A stretch of 64,000 nucleotides of DNA from Desulfobacterales bacterium (lineage in GTDB: Bacteria; Desulfobacterota; Desulfobacteria; Desulfobacterales; JAHEIW01): assembly GCA_030066985.1 (NCBI GenBank), contig JASJAN010000001.1, positions 69,976 through 133,975 on the forward strand. Direction: 5' to 3'. Made by a program: the position numbers and the translations under genes. The notes beneath the pieces are model-generated. The model worked only from the letters and a program-made list of their open reading frames with translations, was not told where the DNA came from and did no database searches. Positions 56,971 through 64,000 of the stretch are shown in pieces (position 1 is the stretch's first letter; each line of letters opens with the position of its first letter).

Positions 56971-57672
56971 ATGCGTCCGGCTTTTATCAGGGTTGCGACC
57001 CAGATGGCAGTGGTTGTGTGGCTGACCTTAAACCCGTATGCACCCGGGAGAGGTGAATCCATGTCGCCGGCAAGTCCGACTCAGACGATTCAGTTGCCCG
57101 CAGCGCGCAGCGATGGAGATATCTCGGTCGAAAAGGCCCTGCAAAGCCGAAGATCGGTGCGCTCGTACAAGAAGGACCCCCTGAGTCTTGCCGAAATTTC
57201 CCAGCTCGTGTGGTCCGCCCAGGGAGTAACCCATCCGCGCGGTTTCCGGACGGCACCTTCGGCCGGAGCCCTTTATCCGCTGGAGCTCTATGTCATTGCC
57301 GGCCGGGTCAAAGACCTTCCCGCCGCCATATATAAATACCGCCCCGACCAACATGCACTGGTCAATATTATCTCCGGCGACAAGCGATCAGAGATCAGTC
57401 GTGCGGCTCTGCGCCAAGGGGCCATCAAAAAAGCACCCGTCGTCTTGCTGTTTTGTGCCGTTTATGCGCGCACCACCGATAAATACGGCCGACGCGGTCT
57501 GCGCTACGTCCACATGGAAGTTGGCCATGCGGCCCAAAACGTAAGCTTGCAGGCAATCGCGTTGGGGCTTCAGACAGCAGTGATCGGTGCTTTTAGGGAT
57601 GAGGCGGTCAAAGAAATCGCCCGATTGCCCGTTGATGAACAGCCGTTGTACTTGCTGCCCGTCGGGCGGTAA
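56971..57672 (+). CDS. SagB/ThcOx-type nitroreductase-family dehydrogenase with an N-terminal hydrophobic leader
   Basis: SRRSVRSY, LSLAEISQLVWSAQGVT, PSAGALYPLELYV and RYVHMEVGHAAQN. Confidence 0.8.
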   Translation: MRPAFIRVATQMAVVVWLTLNPYAPGRGESMSPASPTQTIQLPAARSDGDISVEKALQSRRSVRSYKKDPLSLAEISQLVWSAQGVTHPRGFRTAPSAGALYPLELYVIAGRVKDLPAAIYKYRPDQHALVNIISGDKRSEISRAALRQGAIKKAPVVLLFCAVYARTTDKYGRRGLRYVHMEVGHAAQNVSLQAIALGLQTAVIGAFRDEAVKEIARLPVDEQPLYLLPVGR

Positions 57673-57749
57673 ATCGGATTATCACTTCACCATTGGATTT
57701 CCTTGCTATTTTAAGAATTCGTGTTAAAAATTGGTACTATGCATAACTT

Positions 57750-57903
57750 GGTTTCAGGTGTTCCGCCGCAGGCGGATTCAGGTTTCAGTGAAGATGAGAC
57801 TAAAATCGAACACAACGAAAAGATCCGACTGATATTGCTATTCGGTAGCAAGGCCCGACATAGGTCACCGAAGGCCTGACACCTGACACCTGATAATGTT
57901 ATG
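57750..57903. repeat. ~150-nt GGTGTCAG-family element (element H) carrying an embedded TCCGCC-N3-GGCGGA hairpin
   Basis: ggtttcaggtg ttccgccgcaggcggattc aggtttcagtg ... cgaaggcctgacacctgacacctga. It shares an 18-nt identical right end and a similar spacer with element E. Confidence 0.75.
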
Positions 57904-57917
57904 ACCAACACCGAGAC

Positions 57918-59285
57918 ATGGCTGATAGCAAACACGAAGATGTTGTCTTGAAAAAGAACCGCAAGGCAATCTGGGGCTGGGCTCTGTATGACTGGGCCAA
58001 TTCTGCGTTCGCTACCACAGTGATGGCCGGATTTTTTCCCATTTTTTTTAAACAGTATTGGAGCTACGGTTCAGATGTGAATGTCAGCACCGCCCAGTTG
58101 GGATTTGGTAATTCCATCGCTAGTTTGATTGTCGCCCTGATGGCCCCCGTTATGGGGGCCATAGCCGATAAGGGATCGGCTAAGAAAAAATTTCTGGTTT
58201 TTTTTGCCTATCTGGGCGTTTTGATGGCAGCTGCCCTGTTTATGGTCCAGAGGGGACAGTGGGGCTGGGCCATTTTCATCTACGCCATGGGCATCATCGG
58301 CTTTTCCGGTGCCAACGTTTTTTACGATGCCCTGCTGCCGGATATTGTGGGCGAAGAAAAAATCGACTATGTCTCTGGTCTGGGGTTTTCCATGGGGTAT
58401 CTTGGTGGGGGTCTGCTGTTTTTGATCAACGTACTGATGACATTGAGACCCCACACCTTCGGACTACCCGATGCCGCTGCCGCTGTGCGGTTTTCATTTT
58501 TATCGGTGGCTTTGTGGTGGGGTCTGTTTACTTTTTTTACCATATTCTGGGTGCCGGAGAAAAAAGGCACCGCTACGGATAAAAGCGATGAAAATATTCT
58601 CGCCGCAGGTTTCCGCCAATTTGTCGGAACATTTAAAAAAATTCGCCACCTCAAAGTGGTTTTTACCTTTCTGCTGGCCTATTGGTTTTATATCGACGGT
58701 GTGGATACCATTATTCGCATGGCTGTGGATTATGGCCTCTCTCTGGGTTTTGATTCCAATGATTTAATCATCGCGCTGTTACTCGTCCAGTTTATCGGAT
58801 TCCCAGCGGCCCTGGTCTTCGGCACGTTGGGAGAGCGTTGGAGCGTTCGCAAATCCATCTATCTTGCCATTGCGCTTTATATGGGCATTACGGTGTGGGG
58901 CGCGATGATGACCGATAAAATCGAATTCTACATCCTGGCTATTGCCATCGGTCTGGTGCAAGGCGGTATCCAAGCCCTCAGCCGATCGTATTATTCACGT
59001 CTGATTCCTAAGAACAAAGCTGCCGAATATTACGGCTTCTATAATATGCTGGGCAAATTTGCTGTTATTTTGGGACCGATTTTAATAGGCACAGTCGGAT
59101 TGACCGCCAGACGATTGCTGATGCCGCCCTCACCAACACCCGAGCAGATCATTGCCGTTGGCCAAATGGCATCTCGTTGGGGCATCGCCTCCATTCTAAT
59201 TTTGTTTATCGCCGGTGCGGTGCTTTTTTATTTTGTCGATGAGGAAAAGGGGCGGGAGCAGGCAGCCCTGCTGGAAGCCGACTAA
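57918..59285 (+). CDS. MFS transporter (UMF1/Atg22-like family)
   Basis: 455 aa and ~12 TM segments. The N-terminus IWGWALYDWANSAF is typical of the UMF1 family. Confidence 0.8.
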   Translation: MADSKHEDVVLKKNRKAIWGWALYDWANSAFATTVMAGFFPIFFKQYWSYGSDVNVSTAQLGFGNSIASLIVALMAPVMGAIADKGSAKKKFLVFFAYLGVLMAAALFMVQRGQWGWAIFIYAMGIIGFSGANVFYDALLPDIVGEEKIDYVSGLGFSMGYLGGGLLFLINVLMTLRPHTFGLPDAAAAVRFSFLSVALWWGLFTFFTIFWVPEKKGTATDKSDENILAAGFRQFVGTFKKIRHLKVVFTFLLAYWFYIDGVDTIIRMAVDYGLSLGFDSNDLIIALLLVQFIGFPAALVFGTLGERWSVRKSIYLAIALYMGITVWGAMMTDKIEFYILAIAIGLVQGGIQALSRSYYSRLIPKNKAAEYYGFYNMLGKFAVILGPILIGTVGLTARRLLMPPSPTPEQIIAVGQMASRWGIASILILFIAGAVLFYFVDEEKGREQAALLEAD

Positions 59286-59306
59286 AAAATGATCTCAAAA
59301 ATGCAT

Positions 59307-59428
59307 CTAATCCGCCAGAGGCGGACAGACGCCCAATGGTCCGCCAATATTCGTGGCGGATTAAAAACCGATTCAAAATGCTCGAATACTAATCCGCCGG
59401 AGGCGGACTCCACTTTTGAATCGGTTTT
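59307..59428. repeat. Composite hairpin cluster (element I): three TCCGCC-N-GGCGGA hairpins plus a perfect 15-bp long-range inverted repeat
   Basis: ctaatccgccRgaggcggac at 59307-59326 and 59389-59408 (19/20 identical). A third hairpin lies at 59340-59360. aaaaccgattcaaaa (59364-59378) pairs with ttttgaatcggtttt (59414-59428). Confidence 0.8.
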
Positions 59429-59510
59429 CGCCTTGCCCTTAGACGTGATCTACTATTTTTGAAATCGCTTTTACTTTTTTATAAGCTCCAGGGTTTCAAG
59501 ATATCCGAAC

Positions 59511-60365
59511 CTACCTTTGACCTATCAACCGATTGACGGTCTTTTGAAGTTCCACGGCATTGTCGGAAAAAACCCATTCGACACCCCGATTCAGCTCACG
59601 AAATAAGCAGTATTTGGAGTTGACATAACCGGTCGCCAGATGCTGCATGAAGATTTTATGCTTTTTAAGGCGCGAGCGGGTCAGCAGGGCATAATGCCCG
59701 GCGACCCCGCTGTAATTTTGTTCTATGGCCAGTTTGCTCAGTTGTGAAAAATTAAGATGCGCAACCGGTAAAAAGGCGTTTCGGGGGACACAATCGATGA
59801 GGTTAAACATCTGTGGTGTCATGGTAAGCAGGTGATAGTCTTCCACTGGCTGCAAGGGGGCCAGCAACTCTTTTAGAATCCGGTTCTGGCGGGCCCGGTC
59901 CGGATATTCCTCGGCTTTGATCTCAATCATCAGATGCATTTGGGGGCTATACCTGGGGACCAGTTCGGCCAATGACGGGACCATAGGGCACTTGGATTTA
60001 ATTTCAGCCAGGGTGGCCTGATGGATGTTCAGATCGGTGCCGAACACCCTGCGCAGGTTCGTATCATGCAGGATGACCGGTTGAAGATCCTTTGTCCAGC
60101 GCAAATCAAGCTCGATTCCCCAAACGTTGCTCTCTCTGGCACGGTCAAATGCCGCCAAGGTGTTTTCAAAAATGACCCGATTATCGTAATCGCCGCGATG
60201 GGAAATAATTTTACACCTTCGCAGACATTCATCGGGAGGAGTACGCTGCGGCCAACGGGCATAAAACCGGTCCAGTGCGTGGCGAATGGTGGTCTCTAAA
60301 GTTGGCAGAATCTTCATTTCATCCCAATCCATCACGGGCGATTCAAATTTTGCGTGATGCCGCAT
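59511..60365 (-). CDS. Glycerophosphodiester phosphodiesterase family protein
   Basis: ISHRGD, ENTLAAFDRA, GIELDLRWTKD and VILHD. Confidence 0.8.
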   Translation of the reverse strand: MRHHAKFESPVMDWDEMKILPTLETTIRHALDRFYARWPQRTPPDECLRRCKIISHRGDYDNRVIFENTLAAFDRARESNVWGIELDLRWTKDLQPVILHDTNLRRVFGTDLNIHQATLAEIKSKCPMVPSLAELVPRYSPQMHLMIEIKAEEYPDRARQNRILKELLAPLQPVEDYHLLTMTPQMFNLIDCVPRNAFLPVAHLNFSQLSKLAIEQNYSGVAGHYALLTRSRLKKHKIFMQHLATGYVNSKYCLFRELNRGVEWVFSDNAVELQKTVNRLIGQR

Positions 60366-60568
60366 TTAATCAGACCGATAGTTCCAGAACCATAATCGAA
60401 ATTCAAGCAAATTTATCGACTACAACGTAGCGTTTGAAAAAAGCTGATCGATTAGAATTGGGGGTTTAGATATTTGGGAACTAGACAAATCAACTCATTA
60501 AGGGTGTTTGCGGACGGGCTCAAATAAATGCCTATCCGAAAATTAAACCAAGACCGGATGGAAACGAA

Positions 60569-61387
60569 TTAACGATACTGCGGATGATTAACTTTGGTCA
60601 GCTTTTTAAGACTTTGTTTTCGCAAATTTCTATTCAGACGCTTGGGCTTCGGTCTTTCGATGCGTTGGTGTTTGGTTTTGGTCAGGCGCTTGAGACTGAC
60701 AAATTTGGGGCCCTTCTTATGGCCGTTCAGATCCGGAATCGGAACCCGGCTGGTTAAATAGCGCGACAATTCATCCACCGTCTTGACTTTCTCGGATTCG
60801 GTTAAATTCAGGCCGGACCGGATACCGATCATTGCGATGTCGGTTAGCGCCAGCGGAATACCGCCTTCATGATGACGAGTCGTATGCTCATCCGACCAGA
60901 TTTGTTTTCCGGATCTGGTATCCCAAACCGCTATGGATGCGCCCACGGCCAACTGCGAATAAATACCCGCATATAAGCGCTGATATTCAGTGACGTTGCC
61001 AACAACAACGGCATCACAGCCCAAAATTCGACCCAGCATGCGGGCCGATGCATGGTCTAATTTATCCGGCCTCATCACGTTATGGATCTTGAGCTTGCGA
61101 TCGACCTCATGCAGCTCAATATCCCTGTAAGGTTGGGCAGATAAATGGCTGTAAAATGTGGTACGCACAAATTCGTTGAGGTCCTCTGATTCGGTCTGGT
61201 TGCCAAACGGCAAAATGGCGATTGATTTGGGAGGATTTCTGACAATGACCCACTGGACTTCATCATCACTGTCTTTGACAAAGCCCAGCTGAGAGGCACA
61301 ACCGCTGACCATCATCAAACAAATGATGACCGATACCCAAGATGCTAAGTGCCGAACCCAAATTTTGCAATCAACGAATGTGAACAT
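60569..61387 (-). CDS. Lipoprotein, DUF799-like, with a highly basic C-terminal tail
   Basis: Lipobox MMVSGC, IAILPFGNQTE and CDAVVVGNVTEY resemble DUF799/GNA1162-type lipoproteins (from memory). The C-terminal ~50 aa are Lys/Arg-rich. Confidence 0.55.
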   Translation of the reverse strand: MFTFVDCKIWVRHLASWVSVIICLMMVSGCASQLGFVKDSDDEVQWVIVRNPPKSIAILPFGNQTESEDLNEFVRTTFYSHLSAQPYRDIELHEVDRKLKIHNVMRPDKLDHASARMLGRILGCDAVVVGNVTEYQRLYAGIYSQLAVGASIAVWDTRSGKQIWSDEHTTRHHEGGIPLALTDIAMIGIRSGLNLTESEKVKTVDELSRYLTSRVPIPDLNGHKKGPKFVSLKRLTKTKHQRIERPKPKRLNRNLRKQSLKKLTKVNHPQYR

Positions 61388-61785
61388 TGCAAAGCCCCCT
61401 GTTTAATGGTTGCTGCAATTTATTCAGTTGCACAACCGAACCTCAGCAGAGTTATGTCCAGGATCAATTTCGCTGAGAAAGGTCCTGGCCATTGCCAAAT
61501 TAGCTTTGGGGTTTTGCCAAAAAAAAAGCTGCGCCACCATTATTCCGGTAACCAGCTTTGCAGACATGCTTTGGCAACCCGGCGATCCGCCGAAGCGGAC
61601 CCGTGGCTTTCCGTCACCCGATTACTCGGGTTTTGGCTTTTTCATCAACGAATTTTAATGAAACGCTCATATGGCAGCGTTCGCCTTTAAAAGCGTGCAA
61701 TAAACAGGCCCAAGGCTTTAAATTCAAATAGAATATTAATTTTAGCAACTTATAATAGTGCGCCCTGTTTATCGCACCCTCAAAA

Positions 61786-61800
61786 TGACAAATATTGTCA
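61786..61800. promoter_or_regulatory. Perfect palindrome TGACAAATATTGTCA; candidate operator
   Basis: The palindrome is exact. A partial third half-site, ttgtgacaaaa, follows at 61803-61815. It lies ~215 nt upstream of ATG 62015. Confidence 0.35.
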
Positions 61801-62014
61801 GATTTTGTGACAAAATAGCGTCCTACCAGCCAGCCCCACCGCTTTTTCTGACCGCGATCCAATAATTCAAATCAAGCCAAAAAAAAGCGGTTATTCAATT
61901 AAAGCCTTTCTGAAAAATGCCGATAAAAACCATATACCTGGAGTGTACAAATTCTTTATCATCTCTGCATGATACGGTCCGTTTTGATCAGAATACCAAA
62001 AAGCTGAGTGGTTA

Positions 62015-63709
62015 ATGTTTAAATTAATTCAAAAATCGAATCCTCAAAAGGTTCACGAAACTCAAAAGAAAAGTTTCCGTATTGGAAAGTCAGATCACTG
62101 TGAGATTGTCATCGGTGATCCCCAGGTTGCAGACGTTCAGGCCCAGGTCGGCCACAAAGAGAATCGCTATTTCATCAAAAACCTGGGACGCAGTGAGATA
62201 ACCGTCAATGGGCACCCCACCGAGGGTCAATTTTTAAATAATGGGGACGAATTGGCACTGGGAAAATCCACTTTTGTCATTCAGATGACAGATACCGCAC
62301 ATCCGATATCCAAACCCACCCCCATGGACGATAAGACCATGGTGCTGGATACCCCCAGTGATGAATCACTGGGGCCGCGACTGGTATGCACCACCGCTTC
62401 CGGTAAAAGCAAAATTATTCCCTTAAAATTGGACAAATTGATTATTGGAAGATCCAACGAAGCCACCTTGAAATTGATGCACCCGTCCATTTCTCGAAAA
62501 CACTGCGTAATTGAAAAGCAGGACGATGGTTTTGTTGCCCGCAATATCAGCACCACCAATCCCCTTTTTCTGAATGACCAGACGATTTCAGAACAACGCC
62601 TTTATTCGGGAGATCAGCTCAGAATGGGCACGTTTTCAATTACCTTTATTTCTGATCAAGCAACCGACGCCCGTCAAACAACCCAAAAAATTGTGCTTCC
62701 CGAGAAAAAATCCGGCCGAGGGCTGTGGCTGGCAGCGATGTTGATTCTCACTTTTTCAGGGTACTTGCTCTACATGCACGCTTATATGCCCTGGAAGGCG
62801 CAACAAAAATTGACCGCGGTTGCCGATCAGATTGAATTGGGTGAATTTTTGCCCGCTAGGGATGCCATCAAACAGCTGCTGCTCACCGATCTTTCGCCTG
62901 AAAATGCGCAAATGGCAAAAGATATGCTGGCCCAGATCACTCTGGCCATCACTCAGCAAAAGGCAGAAAAGGGAGACGTGGATGCTGCCAAGGAATTTTT
63001 AAAAGCGTATCTGGCCAAATATGGACACGGACAAGAGGCCGAAACGCTCTGGGATCGTTTGGATTATTACCGTTTAACTTTAGGGGAACAGCTGGAATCA
63101 AATAACCAGCATCAATCTGCCTTGAGAGAATACGCCTCTATTCGTGAAGACAGTATATACTTTGAAGAGGCCCAAAAAGCCATTCGCCGGATCTGGCTGG
63201 CGTATCAGCAAAAAAACCATCAAAAACACAATATGGCCCAGCTGCTAAAAGAAGCCGAGAGCCATTTTATCGCTAAACGGTATCTGACACCGGTTAATAA
63301 AAATGCTTTTTCCGTATACCAGGTTATTCTGGCGACCAATCCCAAGCACGAACTGGCGCTTCAGCGCATTCAACAGATGAAAACTTATTACCGCGAGCAT
63401 GGAGAAGGTTATTACAAAAAACGAAACTGGCCCAAAGCCCTTTTTTATTTTGAACGCTACAGTATCATCGACCCTGAATCCAAAAAAATCAAAGCCAAAA
63501 TTACGGCCTGCCGCCAGAAAATGGTTTCTGCTAAAAAAGGCAGCAATGCCAGCAATACCCGCGGCAGCAAGCTGACAAAGAAAGAAGAAAAGAAAAAGCG
63601 TGAAGAAATCCAGCGCCTGCTGGAAGAATCCGGTACCGAGAGTTCCCGGATCATGAAATATCTATTTGAGGAAAAAGAAGGCGAATCTGACTCCGATACC
63701 CCCTGGTAA
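62015..63709 (+). CDS. Double-FHA - transmembrane - TPR-like protein with a Lys/Glu-rich C-terminus
   Basis: FHA cores FRIGKSDHCEIVIGDP...NGHP and LIIGRSNEATLKLMHPSISRKHCVI...NPLFLND, a TM segment GLWLAAMLILTFSGYLLYM, and helical-repeat C-terminal half. Confidence 0.8.
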   Translation: MFKLIQKSNPQKVHETQKKSFRIGKSDHCEIVIGDPQVADVQAQVGHKENRYFIKNLGRSEITVNGHPTEGQFLNNGDELALGKSTFVIQMTDTAHPISKPTPMDDKTMVLDTPSDESLGPRLVCTTASGKSKIIPLKLDKLIIGRSNEATLKLMHPSISRKHCVIEKQDDGFVARNISTTNPLFLNDQTISEQRLYSGDQLRMGTFSITFISDQATDARQTTQKIVLPEKKSGRGLWLAAMLILTFSGYLLYMHAYMPWKAQQKLTAVADQIELGEFLPARDAIKQLLLTDLSPENAQMAKDMLAQITLAITQQKAEKGDVDAAKEFLKAYLAKYGHGQEAETLWDRLDYYRLTLGEQLESNNQHQSALREYASIREDSIYFEEAQKAIRRIWLAYQQKNHQKHNMAQLLKEAESHFIAKRYLTPVNKNAFSVYQVILATNPKHELALQRIQQMKTYYREHGEGYYKKRNWPKALFYFERYSIIDPESKKIKAKITACRQKMVSAKKGSNASNTRGSKLTKKEEKKKREEIQRLLEESGTESSRIMKYLFEEKEGESDSDTPW

Positions 63710-63908
63710 TTCTGATTGCGGTACCTATTTATCCTTCCGGGTATGAGGGTGCCATAAGAAACCAGCAGAAAGCAGCAAACAAAAATTAAAGAAAAACACA
63801 AAATAGAAGCCTTCGTGCATTGAACCGTTTGTGAAATGGTTCTTTCAGAAAGGATGTCGAGCCTTTTGGCCGTGACCGTTATACTTAACCTTTTGATGAG
63901 ATCATCCC

Positions 63909-64000
63909 ATGAGACATAAAACTTTTACTTTTTTGGTCGTCATTTGCCTGGCAGCGGGCATCAACGGTTGTGCCATCAAAAATATGCTGATGCCTGACCC
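63909..64000 (+). CDS. Lipoprotein; N-terminal fragment that runs off the window
   Basis: MRHKTFTFLVVICLAAGINGCAIKN carries a signal peptide with lipobox AGINGC. Confidence 0.5.
   Translation, partial: MRHKTFTFLVVICLAAGINGCAIKNMLMPD

Noticed and set aside
1-57903. Short tandem repeats in intergenic regions read as CRISPR arrays
   Set aside because: The units are only 6-10 nt, directly abutting and degenerate. They have no spacers and are mirrored by a complementary arm. There are no cas genes, so this is not CRISPR architecture.
57711-57935. 74-aa minus-strand ORF across repeat element H and the MFS start
   Set aside because: The sequence is dominated by translation of the repeat arms and overlaps the start of the MFS gene, so it is an artefact.
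1-64000. Mobile genetic element, prophage or defence island
   Set aside because: I recognised no transposase, integrase, recombinase, phage structural, restriction-modification, toxin-antitoxin or known defence-system domains. No tRNA is present as an integration target. The RecD2-type helicase looks like the housekeeping form with no nuclease or sensor partner.

Overview
This 64-kb chromosomal window is densely coded. It holds about 48 protein genes, one frameshifted or truncated ORF, and no rRNA or tRNA genes. I saw no CRISPR array, transposase, integrase or phage genes. The gene content points to an anaerobic Desulfobacterales-like deltaproteobacterium, though that is an inference and not a database result. 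Supporting genes are NifS/NifU, a BcrAD-type CoA-activase mega-fusion, a Cys-rich DUF3786-like protein, acetoacetyl-CoA synthetase, a CHASE2 Ser/Thr kinase, ExeA/GspB, FHA proteins and an AsmA/YhdP-like giant. Most genes are ordinary housekeeping: purB, split purH, mutM, fabH, murJ, recD2, ltaE, gloB, an HtrA protease, an M16 peptidase, acyl-CoA dehydrogenase and ADH. I found no convincing new multi-gene system. The items most worth a second look are these. (1) The intergenic spaces carry an unusual class of hairpins. Their arms are tandem arrays of a degenerate 6-10-nt word, and all nine copies share the same strand polarity. One ~150-nt sequence family (GGTGTCAG arms) is among them, and there are three more complex repeat/hairpin loci. 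(2) A signal-peptide, Cys/Trp/Gly-rich small ORF is interrupted by an in-frame TGA and followed by a perfect 9-bp hairpin. It is either a candidate selenoprotein or a recent pseudogene. (3) The NifS-like protein has the canonical PLP His-Lys motif replaced by Asn-Thr, and it sits beside an intact IscU-type scaffold. (4) An orphan FimT/GspH-like pseudopilin is translationally coupled to a 57-codon pilin-like ORF, next to a degraded ORF. Several ORF-track start sites were moved to better-supported downstream starts. Two genes below the 60-aa ORF cutoff were added: the YjfB-like gene and the short pilin.
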